DNA from: Myxococcales bacterium
GTDB taxonomy: Bacteria; Myxococcota_A; UBA9042
Assembly: GCA_037441385.1 (NCBI GenBank)
Contig: JBBISH010000079.1
Span: 1 to 31,796, forward strand
Reading direction: 5' to 3'
DNA length: 31,796 nucleotides
The notes under the pieces were generated by a model that ran no database searches, was not told the origin of the DNA, and worked only from the letters and a program-made list of their open reading frames with translations. The position numbers were made by a program, and so were the translations under genes. Below, piece after piece: positions 8,236 through 17,973 of the stretch (positions are counted from its first letter, which is position 1; every line of letters begins with the position of its first letter).

Positions 8236-8946
8236 CTAGCCGCCAAACCGCTTGCGAATCGCCTCGCGGAGCCCGTCTTTGGCTGTGTCGCGCAGTACGG
8301 CGCCGTGGGCGGGCACTAGGTGGGCAAACGGCTCGTTGCACAGCTGCTCCAGGTCTTGCCGCACGTCGGGGCCCATTTCTTTGGTCCACGGACCGCCCAC
8401 GACTTTGGGGCCAAAGCCCATGCCACGCATCATCACCTTGGCCACCAGCGAGCAGCCGTCGAACGTCTCCCAGTTCTGGTAGCTGTCGCAAGTCAGCAGA
8501 ATGCCTCCATCTTGCTCGAGCAGCAGGGCCACCTCGGGCTTCTTGCCGTGGGCGAAGGCGAACACCCGCAGATCCGGGCGCGGCTGCACGTGCGGCACCA
8601 ACTCGGCCGTATGGTGCAAGTCGCCCTCGTGTCGCGAGCCCGGCGGCGCCCAGAACGTGGGGTGGTAGTGGTGCACATAGAACGGGTCGTCGATGCCGTG
8701 GAATACGCCCAATTTGAACAGGTGTTTGACCTGGCCCAGCGAGTCGAGCTCGCGCAGGCCGCTTTCGCTCAGCCTCACCGAGTTCACCAGGGTAAGGTCG
8801 TTCCCCTGCCGTAGAATCGCCATGTTGCGGGTGATCGTGACGCCAGGGGCAAAGCGGAATCGACCCTCTACCAGAAAGACATTGGGGAACACTTCGCGGA
8901 TCGGCCCGTGGGGCAGCGCCGGCGCGTAATTGGCCAAATGGGTCAT
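8236..8946 (-). CDS. Metallo-beta-lactamase-fold-like protein (DUF4336-like)
   Basis: ATG at 8946 with GGAG upstream. Motifs RNMAILR..LTLVNSVRL, LGQVKHL..LGVFHGIDD, LLTCD, LVPAHG. Confidence 0.72.
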   Translation of the reverse strand: MTHLANYAPALPHGPIREVFPNVFLVEGRFRFAPGVTITRNMAILRQGNDLTLVNSVRLSESGLRELDSLGQVKHLFKLGVFHGIDDPFYVHHYHPTFWAPPGSRHEGDLHHTAELVPHVQPRPDLRVFAFAHGKKPEVALLLEQDGGILLTCDSYQNWETFDGCSLVAKVMMRGMGFGPKVVGGPWTKEMGPDVRQDLEQLCNEPFAHLVPAHGAVLRDTAKDGLREAIRKRFGG

Positions 8947-9031
8947 TGCGGTCTCCGCGACGGCATCCATGCTCGCCCTTGGCACATTGGCAGAGGTGCG
9001 CAGTCCTGTCAACGCTAGATGTTTCAACTGG

Positions 9032-10321
9032 TTACGCCGTCTGCGCCGCCGGATCCACGCCTGTGCCGTCGCGGGCCCGGGCCGAGGCGCGCAAGGTCGC
9101 CGCAAATTGCGGGTCGTGCTCCACGGCGCGCTCGAAGCCGGCGCGGGTCAGGCGGAACAGGTCACAGTAGTCCATCGCCACCGCCGAGGCGCTGCGTGGC
9201 GCACCGCTGAGCAGCGACATCTCGCCAAAAAAGTTGCCCGCGTGCAGGGTTGCGACCTGTTCGCCGCTACCCGCGACGATCGCCACCGCCCCGGACCGGA
9301 TAAAATACATGCCGTCGCCGGGCTCGCCCGCCGCAAAAATGCGCTCGCCCGGCACCGCGACGGTCGCCTGCATTTCTTCCATCAAATCCTGCACAAACGT
9401 GTCGCTCGCTCCGCGCAAGAGCGGAATCTTGCGCACCATGTCGCGATTGAGGTGCATCGTGATGGCGCCGCGCAGCTTGGCCGGCAAACCGGTCAGCACT
9501 TCGGAGTCCTGATAGCCCTGGCGCGTGTTCCACATGTAGCGGAAATATTCGCGCACCTGCGACCGCAAATCGCCAGGTAACCGGTTGTAATTCATATAGG
9601 TTTCTAGTCGGTCCAGCTGCGACATGTGGTGCTCGCGCGCCGCGTCCAAGCGGGTCAGCACGCTGGCCACGTTGCTGATCACAAAGCCAAAAACGCCCAC
9701 GCCTAGTAGCTGCGTGCCGCACACGTACACCATCTGCAGGGTGGTCTTGGGTGTGATGTCGCCATAACCCACGGTCGTCAGGGTCGAAAGCGTCCAGTAC
9801 ACGGCCTTGACGTATTCAGTTGGCGGGTCGGGGTCATGCCCCGCACTCCCGCTGCCCAGGGCGATCCAACCGCAAGCCAGCAAGTGCACGAACGGCGGCA
9901 GGTACAGCAGCAGCGGCACCAAGCGATGCAGGACCGGGTGGCGCGAGGCCAGCGTCTCGAACCACGCCCGCACCTGGGCGATCCGCCCCAACATCAACAA
10001 CTTGACTAGCAGTACGCGGCTCGCCTGATCGCCCAGCCAGGGGTGCAGCAGCCAGTCCAGGGGCAGCGCCAGCGCCAATTCCAGCGCGGCACCGCTGACC
10101 CGTTGCCACAAGCCCGCAGGTTCGCTGGGTTGCCCGCGCCGCTGCAGCCAGGCCACCGCCACCACCGCGGCCGAGGCGACGTCTACCGCGGCATCGGCGC
10201 CGCTGACCAGCGGCCCGTACAGCAACCGCAGTGGCACCCAGCCCGCCACGCTGACCACGGTCAACACCATGGCCGCGTCGACCACTTTGTGGATCAAGCC
10301 CGTTTTGCTGTGCGAGACCAT
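9032..10321 (-). CDS. Cyclic-nucleotide-gated K+ channel (SthK/LliK-like: TM segments, pore, C-linker, CNBD)
   Basis: Selectivity filter TTVGYGD, C-linker (YMNYNRLPGDLRSQVREYFRY), CNBD FFGEMSLL..PRSASA. Confidence 0.93.
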   Translation of the reverse strand: MVSHSKTGLIHKVVDAAMVLTVVSVAGWVPLRLLYGPLVSGADAAVDVASAAVVAVAWLQRRGQPSEPAGLWQRVSGAALELALALPLDWLLHPWLGDQASRVLLVKLLMLGRIAQVRAWFETLASRHPVLHRLVPLLLYLPPFVHLLACGWIALGSGSAGHDPDPPTEYVKAVYWTLSTLTTVGYGDITPKTTLQMVYVCGTQLLGVGVFGFVISNVASVLTRLDAAREHHMSQLDRLETYMNYNRLPGDLRSQVREYFRYMWNTRQGYQDSEVLTGLPAKLRGAITMHLNRDMVRKIPLLRGASDTFVQDLMEEMQATVAVPGERIFAAGEPGDGMYFIRSGAVAIVAGSGEQVATLHAGNFFGEMSLLSGAPRSASAVAMDYCDLFRLTRAGFERAVEHDPQFAATLRASARARDGTGVDPAAQTA

Positions 10322-10369
10322 CCGATTCCGTGACGAAGCCGAGCACGTCCGCCGGCCCGGCCTGCACTG

Positions 10370-12772
10370 CTACTTCAGCGCTGCGCCGCCCGGATAGCCG
10401 TACGACACGTAGTCGGCCCACCCGTACACCACCAAGCCCACCTTCTGATCGGCAACGAGCTGGTGCGAGCCCACCGGCACCGCCAGCCGCGCCACCTGCC
10501 AACCGGGCGCAAACGTGGTGAACTGGGCCGGCGCAATCGCGGTGTTGTCCAGCTTGACCACCGAGCCAGCGGGCGCCACCACGTTGATATAGTTCTCGGA
10601 ATAGGCGCTGGGCACCAAGAACACGTAGCTCTGCAGGTACTGGTCTTGCGCCACGCCGTTGATCATGTCGGGGTCGCCGATGCCCGCATCTTGGTCGGGC
10701 TGCACGATGTTGGGGCAATCGGCGTTGATCGCGCACGACATCGGCGTCTGCAGCTTGTTCCAGAAGTAGTTGCAGACCTTTTGGCCCAGGTACGAGCCGG
10801 TGCACTCGTCGTTGTTCGGGTCAGGCGCGTTGGCCGACGCCATGAACTGCATGACTTCCACGGGGTTGTTGGCCGTCAGCACAAAATCCTGGTCCGACTC
10901 GAACTCGTACCACTGCCCCTGCATCAGCTTGGGAATGTCGGCCTGCTTGGGCGTTGTCGTGACCACGGTGTCGTTGGCCGAGGCTAGCACGCGCCAGGCA
11001 TCCTTCTCTTTCTTGCGCTTCTTCAGCTTGGTGCAGTTGTAGACCTTGCCCCAGGCCGACACCGGGAACAACTGCTGCTCCATGTGGTCGGCGCAACAGG
11101 TCTTGGGGCAGTCGGCGTTGGTGGTGCAAGCCCAGCCTTGGTATTGGCATTTGCCGGCGACGCAGTGGTCCGTGTTGGGCGAATTCGACGCCTCGGTACC
11201 GCCAAACGCCGCCACCGGCTTGTCGGCCTTGATGTAGGTGCCGGTCGGATCGGCGCCAATCGCATTGGTTTCGATGTTCAGGACCTGGCCCTGCATCAGC
11301 GTGTAGTTGGCCGTGTCGCCCACTTTCAGCGCGGCAATCGACGGACCGGGCAGGGTCTTGGCCGACGACACCACCATCACCTCGGTCTTGCCCGGCGCGG
11401 TCGCGATGACGGTGAAGTACGACTTGAGCAGGTCGTGGCTCTGCTCGCGCGCCATCACCCAGTACTCCTTGCCGATCGAGTTCGATGGCAACAGCAGCGA
11501 GGCGCCGTTGCTGAATACTTCGTAGTTCTGCAGCGGGTTGAACTGGTACGCGACGATCGGCTGGTCCGACTTGATGCGGTACACGTTCTTGTTGATGCTG
11601 GTATTGTCTTGATTCAGCGGCGGAATCTTCCATGCCGGGTCGGGCAGGTTGATGATCTTCAGCCCGTTGCCCTGCACGGTGTACTTGGCCGTGTTGCCGG
11701 TACCGGCCTCGACCGTGACCAGCGCCGCCTTGGGTTTGGTGTTCGAGATGATGACGGCGAACTGCGAGTTCTGCGCGTCGTAGTAGCCGCCCGAACCGTT
11801 GGGCACCTTGGCGTTGTCCAGGTCGATGGCCCAGTAGTCGCAGCCCACGTTGGTGTTCGACTTGATGTCCTTGTCGCACGCGTTGACGCAGATGCCGCCT
11901 TGGCAGACCAAGCCTTTGGTGCCGCAGTCCTCAAAGATCTCGTAGCCTGAACCGTCGCTGGCGCAAACCAGAGCGCGGTCGTTGTCGCAGACCTTGTTGC
12001 CCGGCACGCACACTTGGCAATAGGCCTTGAAGCCCTTGTTGCCCGGCAGGGGCGCCAAGCTGCAGGTCTCGTCGTCGCCACACTCGGACTGGACTTGCGC
12101 GCCCGATCCGTCCGATGCGCACTTCATCACCGCCTTGCTGACCTGCTGGCCGGGGGGAATCGGCGCGCAGAAGGTACTGTCTGGCAGGCACTGGATGCAC
12201 GCGCCGTCTTTGCAGATGGGCGCCTCGTCCGGGCATTTCTGCACGTCGGCGCCGTCGCCCGACTCGTTGCACGTGACCAAGAACGTGTCGCCGTCGCACC
12301 AGGTGGTTGTGGGGTCGCACTGCACGCCTTGGCAGGTGTGGTTCAGGCACTGCTGGCCTTCTTTGCAATTGAAGTCGGTCAGGCAGGCCACGCACTGGTG
12401 AATGCCAATGGCGCAAAACGGCGTGTCGGGCAAGTTCTTGCACGCGCCCGAGTTGTTGCAGGTGGGGCCGGTGTAGGCATCTTCGGGGCCGGTGTCCTCG
12501 GCGATCTCTTCGGCGTCGTCCACACTGTCTGGATCGGTGGCAAGCTCCGTGTCCTCGGGTTGGATGTCGCTGACCGCGTCGATGCTTTGCTTGTCCTGGG
12601 TCTTGACGTCGGGGGCGACGAGTCCGCCGATGACGTCCAGGCCGCCGCTGTTGTTGTTGGCCTGCTGGCTTTGGGGCTGCGAACAGGCCGCGGCCAGGCA
12701 GAGGCTGCCCCACACCAGCCAACCCAAGTCGACAGCGGGCGCGCGCGAGTTGCTGGTGGCCATTTCTGACAT
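10370..12772 (-). CDS. Cys-rich lipoprotein with C-terminal IgGFc-binding-type domain
   Basis: Lipobox-like CLAAA-C, acidic linker and Cys repeats. Motifs SNVGCDYWAIDLDN-like (TNVGCDYWAIDLDN), SDQPIVAYQFNP, SNGASLLLP, ADHMEQQLFP, YVSYGYPGG. Start chosen by GAGG upstream of 12772 (alternatives 12787/12763). Confidence 0.85.
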   Translation of the reverse strand: MSEMATSNSRAPAVDLGWLVWGSLCLAAACSQPQSQQANNNSGGLDVIGGLVAPDVKTQDKQSIDAVSDIQPEDTELATDPDSVDDAEEIAEDTGPEDAYTGPTCNNSGACKNLPDTPFCAIGIHQCVACLTDFNCKEGQQCLNHTCQGVQCDPTTTWCDGDTFLVTCNESGDGADVQKCPDEAPICKDGACIQCLPDSTFCAPIPPGQQVSKAVMKCASDGSGAQVQSECGDDETCSLAPLPGNKGFKAYCQVCVPGNKVCDNDRALVCASDGSGYEIFEDCGTKGLVCQGGICVNACDKDIKSNTNVGCDYWAIDLDNAKVPNGSGGYYDAQNSQFAVIISNTKPKAALVTVEAGTGNTAKYTVQGNGLKIINLPDPAWKIPPLNQDNTSINKNVYRIKSDQPIVAYQFNPLQNYEVFSNGASLLLPSNSIGKEYWVMAREQSHDLLKSYFTVIATAPGKTEVMVVSSAKTLPGPSIAALKVGDTANYTLMQGQVLNIETNAIGADPTGTYIKADKPVAAFGGTEASNSPNTDHCVAGKCQYQGWACTTNADCPKTCCADHMEQQLFPVSAWGKVYNCTKLKKRKKEKDAWRVLASANDTVVTTTPKQADIPKLMQGQWYEFESDQDFVLTANNPVEVMQFMASANAPDPNNDECTGSYLGQKVCNYFWNKLQTPMSCAINADCPNIVQPDQDAGIGDPDMINGVAQDQYLQSYVFLVPSAYSENYINVVAPAGSVVKLDNTAIAPAQFTTFAPGWQVARLAVPVGSHQLVADQKVGLVVYGWADYVSYGYPGGAALK

Positions 12773-12941
12773 GAAGACCTCGAACATTGCGTGGCGCGGC
12801 TGGACCAGTACGCCGCCGGGCTGCGACCGGCCGCTGCTGCAACCCTACAGCATACCGTTGCGACACCGCCGGTACAATGGCAAAGCCCGGCGCGTGAGGC
12901 TTGCAGGACCCGCACGGCAGTTGGCTGATCTGCAAAGGGAA

Positions 12942-13937
12942 CTACGCCACGGTCTGCCTGCGGTGGTGGCCATGGCGCAGCGACTCGAACGCGCTGGGGT
13001 CGGCGCGCAGCGCAGCCGCGACTTGGTCCAGCGGTTCCCATTCGGCTGTACCGGGCGGATCGGCGGACACCTGCGGTGGCGGCAAGCCAAACTGCCGACA
13101 CAAGCTGCTCACGGCCAAAAGCGCCACATCGCGCTTGCCTTGCAGGCTGTGTCCCGCCACATGGGGCGTCGCCAGATCGCACGCCGCGACCATGGCGTGG
13201 CCGATCCGTGGCTCCCCAGCAAACGTGTCCAGGGCGAGCCAGCTCAAGCCACCTTGGCGCCTCTGTTCCGCCGCCGCCGGGCCGTCCAGCACGTCGCCGC
13301 GGGCGGCATTGAGCACCACGCCACCGGCCAGGCGCCGCAGCCGCGCCGCGTCCAGAAGTTGCAGGGTACAATGCGGGCCTTCGCGGACCAAGGGAACGTG
13401 CAAGGTCACGGCGTCGACTCCGCGCTGCAGCAGCAAGTCCAGATCATGGCTGACGAATCCCGGCTCCCGCTCCGCCCGCGGCGGGTCACAGGGCAGGGCG
13501 CGCGCACCCCGTTGCCCAAGGCGCTCGACCACAAGGCGACCGACTGCACCCACCCCAACGACGGCCACTCGCAGTCCGTCCAACGGCCGCCCGGCGCGGG
13601 AGAGGGCCCACTCGACCCAATCCGTCACCGCGACCGCGTTGCCGCCGTGGCCCGTGTGCAGCGCCACGCCGGCTCGCTGCAGGGCCGCCACGTCGATGTG
13701 ATCGGTGCCCGACGACAATGTCGCAACACCTTGTAGATTTGGGAACTTGTCCAGGTCTTGGCTCGTCAGCTTGCTGACGGAACGCAGCAGGACCGCCTGC
13801 ACCAGCGGATCGCGAGCGATGGCCGCCAACCCTCGCGGCTCGTACACGTGCACGTCAAAACCATCCAGCCAGGTAAGCGGCAGGGCGCGGGCGCTGCCGT
13901 CGGCCACCGCGCGATCGATCAGCAGACGCGGCTTCAC
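12942..13937 (-). CDS. pdxB: Erythronate-4-phosphate dehydrogenase-like D-2-hydroxyacid dehydrogenase
   Basis: LLRS, SGTDHID, GGNAVAV, GVGAVG, CDPPR, LHVPL, LNAARG, LDTFAGEP, TPHVAGHS. GTG start overlaps the EVE stop. Confidence 0.8.
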   Translation of the reverse strand: MKPRLLIDRAVADGSARALPLTWLDGFDVHVYEPRGLAAIARDPLVQAVLLRSVSKLTSQDLDKFPNLQGVATLSSGTDHIDVAALQRAGVALHTGHGGNAVAVTDWVEWALSRAGRPLDGLRVAVVGVGAVGRLVVERLGQRGARALPCDPPRAEREPGFVSHDLDLLLQRGVDAVTLHVPLVREGPHCTLQLLDAARLRRLAGGVVLNAARGDVLDGPAAAEQRRQGGLSWLALDTFAGEPRIGHAMVAACDLATPHVAGHSLQGKRDVALLAVSSLCRQFGLPPPQVSADPPGTAEWEPLDQVAAALRADPSAFESLRHGHHRRQTVA

Positions 13938-14377
13938 GCGGGCTCGTCGGTGTGGGCCATCTCAAGAATCCGCTGCCACTCTGCGTAGTTGAGCGGTACT
14001 ACCGACAGCCGGTTTTCGCGGAACATGCGCAACTCGGCCAGCGGCCCTGGCACTCCGTACTCTTGCCTGAGTTCCTGCAAGGTCACAGGCTGGCGCAGTG
14101 CACACACGGGCGCCACGTCCACTGCGGACCAGCGATCGCCCTCGATGGTGGGGTCGGGATAGGCGGTGCGCACGACTTCGGCAATGCCCACGGCCTGTTT
14201 GCCCACGTTGCTGTGGTAGATGAGGACGCGGTCGCCCACTTGCATGCTGCGAAGGAAGTTGCGCGCGGTGTAGTTGCGCACGCCGTCCCAGCAGCCCCGT
14301 CCCTGGGCGACCAACGTCTCCCAGCTGTAGACGTCGGGCTCGGTCTTCATCAGCCAGTGGTTGCGTTGCTGCAGCAT
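13934..14377 (-). CDS. EVE domain-containing protein (THYN1-like)
   Basis: WLMKTEPDVYSW, WDGVRNYTARNFLRSMQVGD, YHSN, AYPDPT, RLSVVP. Confidence 0.93.
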   Translation of the reverse strand: MLQQRNHWLMKTEPDVYSWETLVAQGRGCWDGVRNYTARNFLRSMQVGDRVLIYHSNVGKQAVGIAEVVRTAYPDPTIEGDRWSAVDVAPVCALRQPVTLQELRQEYGVPGPLAELRMFRENRLSVVPLNYAEWQRILEMAHTDEPA

Positions 14378-14380
14378 GGA

Positions 14381-14980
14381 CTAGCGAACACTCCAGATTT
14401 CTTCGCGACCGCCCGGCGGTGTCGCCCACAGCTGCAGACCCAAGACCGTGGCCGGCCCCTGGAAGAACTGCATCTCGACGCGGTGGTCGCCCGCGCCCAG
14501 GTTGATCTCGCCTTCGACCCACGGCGCCACCCGCTGCGGATCGCTGTCGGCGACGACGCGACCGTCGATGAGCCAGCGTGCGCCTTCGTCGGCGAGCAAG
14601 CGGAAGGTCCACACGCCCGCCGTGGGAACGGACCACGTGCCCGTGTAGCGCAGGGCGAACCACTCGCTGCGGTTGCTGACTCCAGGGAAACCTTCGGTGT
14701 AGTCGCGCGGCGCTACGTCGAAGCGGGTGGCCCAAATGCTGCCAACTGGGGTCAATGTGCTGAAATTAGGGAGTTTGTCGGTGCCTTCGGCCAGGTAGTA
14801 CAGCTTGCCTTCCAGCGCGCCTTCGATGCGCTCTGCGCTGCCCAAGGTGCCCTGGCTGCTCTGTTGGCCGCCCTGCGTGGCCTGCAAAATCGCCGAGCAG
14901 CCCGGTCCGACCAGCGCCGCGGTGATCGCCAGACTGGTGACCATCCCGATGTTGGCCAAGGTCGCCCAGAGTTTGCGCAT
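14381..14980 (-). CDS. PA14-domain lipoprotein
   Basis: Signal peptide with lipobox-like VGPG-C. Motifs GFPGVSNRSEWFALRYTG, FRLLADEGARWLIDG, LGAGDHRVEMQFFQGP, LQLWATPPG. Confidence 0.82.
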   Translation of the reverse strand: MRKLWATLANIGMVTSLAITAALVGPGCSAILQATQGGQQSSQGTLGSAERIEGALEGKLYYLAEGTDKLPNFSTLTPVGSIWATRFDVAPRDYTEGFPGVSNRSEWFALRYTGTWSVPTAGVWTFRLLADEGARWLIDGRVVADSDPQRVAPWVEGEINLGAGDHRVEMQFFQGPATVLGLQLWATPPGGREEIWSVR

Positions 14981-15080
14981 CGTCGCCCTCGCTGCCGCCG
15001 ACAGCTAAGGCAGTGTGCCCGACTTGCCGCCCGCGCCACAAGTGCCGCCGCCCTTTGGCGCGTCCTTTCGGCGGGCGTTG

Positions 15081-15109
15081 TTGAAAACGCAGCGTGCGCC
15101 GCGTACTGT
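15081..15109 (+). promoter_or_regulatory. Putative sigma70-type promoter of glmS
   Basis: TTGAAA-17 bp-TACTGT; GGAGG SD before ATG 15159. Confidence 0.5.
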
Positions 15110-15158
15110 CCCGGCCGCTGTGCGCCCCAACCGTGGGCGCCCACCTCTGGAGGACGCA

Positions 15159-17720
15159 ATGTGCGGTGTGGTCGGCCTGATTTTTGAGCGCAACCGGTCC
15201 GATTTTGGCCAGATTGCCGGCGAGCTGCTGCGAACCTTGGAGTACCGGGGCTACGACTCGACCGGCGCGGCGATCCAAGGCGAAGGCGAGAGCGTGGATT
15301 TGCGCAAGGACGTGGGTGCTCCGTCGAACCTGGTGCACCGCCTGGGAATTACTTCGTTGCCGGGCCAGATTCTGTGTGGTCAGGTGCGCTGGGCCACGTT
15401 TGGCGCGGTCGACGCGGTCAATGCGCAACCGCACGTGGTCCGGTGCAAAACCTACATGTACGGCGCGCACAACGGCAACGTGACCAATTGCGATCCGCTC
15501 AAGGCTTGGCTCACGGCGCAGGGGCACGACGTCAAGTCGGACAACGACGGCGAAATGGTGGTGCACGCCGTGGAACACGGCTTTGCGGCTCGCTTGGAGG
15601 TCGCCTCGCCGGCCCAGCGCAAGGACCCCGAAGTGCGCCGGAAACTGATGCGCGGCGCCATCTTAGAGGCCGCGTCGCGGTTGCATGGCTCGTACGCCGC
15701 GGTGTTGGTGGACCCGATCAGCCGGACGCTGTGGGCCGTCAAGCAGGGCTCCAGCCTGTATTTTGGCACCGGCGCCGACTCGACCGGTGGTCAGTTTCGC
15801 GTGGCGTCGTCCGACCTTTCCAGCGTGCTCAAGTTGACTCGGACGCTCGTGCCGCTGGGCGAGGGTGAATTCGCCGAGTTTACCGCTACCTACCACCAGG
15901 TCTACCGCATCGCCCACCACGGCGAACGCCCCGACGACGCGGTCCCGATCGATCGCAAGTCGGTGCGCAGCTTCTTGCGGACTGCCGACACCGGGCTGGT
16001 GGCGCCGTTTACCACGTTTATGCAACAGGAGATTTTTGCAGAAGAAGATACGTGTCGCAGCGTGGTGCGCCTGTTCAGCGGTGGCAGTCGCCTGGCGCAC
16101 AGCCTGGCTCCGCTGATGGATCAGCTTGGGGCAGAACCGAAGGCGCAACTGCGCAAGGCGATTGCGGATCTGTTCGAAGCGACGAGCGACGTGGCCTTGC
16201 GCGGCGTGCTGGAACGCCTGCACCGGTTGCCGGTAGCGCAAGGCTTGGTGAGCAGCTTGGCGGCGCAGTTGGGCGGTATGGATCGGCACGATCAAGCGCT
16301 GTGTTCGGCGGAGCAGGGCTTGCTGGCTGACCTTTTGGCCCTGGCGGGCAGCGCGGCCCAGCGGCAGTCGGTGCGGCTGGTCGACGGCATCTTGGAGCAC
16401 GACGAGGCGGTGGCCTATGGCCGCGCGGTCGAAGAGCTGACCCAGCGCTGCGCCCAGGCCGTGGCCAACCACCGGCGCATCTTTGTCCTGTGCTGCGGGA
16501 CGTCGTTCCATGCGGCCAAAACGGCAGCACTGTTCTACAACGAAATTGCCGGGTGCGAGATCACGCCCCTGTTGCCCGGCGAGTTCCGTGCCCAGGCCGC
16601 CCGCAGCCTGCGCGACGGCGACGTGGTCATTGCGGTGAGCCAAAGCGGCGAGACCAAGGACCTGATCGACGTGCTGAACGACATCATCCGCGGCGGGCGC
16701 GACGTGTCGCGGGTGGCGGTGGTGAACAACGTCAACTCCACGCTGGCGCAAGAGAAAAGCCACTTGGTGCTGCCGCTCCGCTGTGGACCCGAGATCGCGG
16801 TGGCGGCGACCAAGAGCTTTACCAATCAGCTGGCGGTGTTCTATTGCCTGGCGCTGCGCCTGGGCGAAGTCCTGTCGCAGCAGCACGCCGAGATTGGGGC
16901 GACGATTGACGCCGAGATGCTGGCCGAGCGCCGGCGGCTGCTCCCCGAGCTGCCCGAGCTGATACGCACCACTTTGGCGACGACGAACACCGGGCTGGAT
17001 GCCGCGGCAGAGATTCTGTACCTGGTGCCCAGCCTGCACATTCTTGCCACGCGCCTGGTTGCCGTGGCCAAAGAGGGCGCGCTCAAGGTGCGCGAGGTGG
17101 TGCTGAACCACACCGAAGGGTTTGAAGCGAGCGAGTTCAAGCACGGGCCCAACACCATCCTGGGCGTGAACACGGTCTACGGCATCGCCCAGGTCAGCCG
17201 GGCGTTGGAGGCCGCCGCCAAGTTGGCCGCCGAACTCGGCCAGGCCGAAGCGCAGCAGGGGCTGGCGCGGCAAGTGAGCCGTGAGCTTGCCCACCTGTTG
17301 CACGCCAGCGAGGCCCGTGCCTTGGACCGCACCTCGATCTTCCAGGCCCTCTATGCGGACTATCCGCTCCTGTTCGTCACCGGGCCGGATCCGCGCGATG
17401 TGGACCTGACCATCTCGCAGATCAATACCCACAAGATTCGTGGGGCGACGTGCGTGGTCCTGGCCGAAGAGGACGCGCGCCTGCGCCAGGCCGCGACCAA
17501 GGCGCCGGCGGACAACCCCAACTACACGGCGCTGGTGGTGCCGCTCCCGACTACGGGCGACACCTTGATGACCGCGTTTACCGCCAGCGTGGCGCTGCAG
17601 CACTTGGCGCTGAAGATGAGCCTACGGAAAATGGCCTACTTGGACGCTTTGGGCATGCGCGACCACGGCGTGCACCCCGACGTGCCCAAGAACGTTTCCA
17701 AGTCGATCACGGTGGACTAA
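15159..17720 (+). CDS. glmS: Glutamine--fructose-6-phosphate aminotransferase, elongated form (853 aa)
   Basis: N-terminal MCG (Ntn Cys), LEYRGYDS, RWATFG, HNG, CGTS, SQSGETKD, EIAVAATKSF, EGALKVRE, EFKHGP, and C-terminal PKNVSKSITVD. Confidence 0.9.
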   Translation: MCGVVGLIFERNRSDFGQIAGELLRTLEYRGYDSTGAAIQGEGESVDLRKDVGAPSNLVHRLGITSLPGQILCGQVRWATFGAVDAVNAQPHVVRCKTYMYGAHNGNVTNCDPLKAWLTAQGHDVKSDNDGEMVVHAVEHGFAARLEVASPAQRKDPEVRRKLMRGAILEAASRLHGSYAAVLVDPISRTLWAVKQGSSLYFGTGADSTGGQFRVASSDLSSVLKLTRTLVPLGEGEFAEFTATYHQVYRIAHHGERPDDAVPIDRKSVRSFLRTADTGLVAPFTTFMQQEIFAEEDTCRSVVRLFSGGSRLAHSLAPLMDQLGAEPKAQLRKAIADLFEATSDVALRGVLERLHRLPVAQGLVSSLAAQLGGMDRHDQALCSAEQGLLADLLALAGSAAQRQSVRLVDGILEHDEAVAYGRAVEELTQRCAQAVANHRRIFVLCCGTSFHAAKTAALFYNEIAGCEITPLLPGEFRAQAARSLRDGDVVIAVSQSGETKDLIDVLNDIIRGGRDVSRVAVVNNVNSTLAQEKSHLVLPLRCGPEIAVAATKSFTNQLAVFYCLALRLGEVLSQQHAEIGATIDAEMLAERRRLLPELPELIRTTLATTNTGLDAAAEILYLVPSLHILATRLVAVAKEGALKVREVVLNHTEGFEASEFKHGPNTILGVNTVYGIAQVSRALEAAAKLAAELGQAEAQQGLARQVSRELAHLLHASEARALDRTSIFQALYADYPLLFVTGPDPRDVDLTISQINTHKIRGATCVVLAEEDARLRQAATKAPADNPNYTALVVPLPTTGDTLMTAFTASVALQHLALKMSLRKMAYLDALGMRDHGVHPDVPKNVSKSITVD

Positions 17721-17808
17721 GGACGGCGCAAACCGCGTGCCCGAATCCGCGTTTACCCCATGCCTGTGCCGAATTGTCGCGGCTTGGTCACACCTTCGCC
17801 TATGCGTC

Positions 17809-17837
17809 TTGATCGGATTGGGGGCCGGGCGTAACGT
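17809..17837 (+). promoter_or_regulatory. Putative sigma70-type promoter of the EF-G paralog
   Basis: TTGATC-17 bp-TAACGT, about 135 nt upstream of GTG 17974. Confidence 0.4.
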
Positions 17838-17973
17838 CCCCGAGCAGCCCGAATTGGCATGTGCCTGCGGGCGCCTCGCCGGACAGTAACGCCTGCGCCG
17901 GCCCCACGTTGTCGCCAAATTCGTTCGATTTTCAGGCTCGCCAGCGAACAGGCAGGGCCTCAAAGGGGGAACC

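Noticed and set aside
14981..15158. glmS ribozyme in the glmS leader
   Set aside because: The conserved AGCGCC...GACGAGG core is absent, and the predicted leader is only ~45 nt with one small hairpin.
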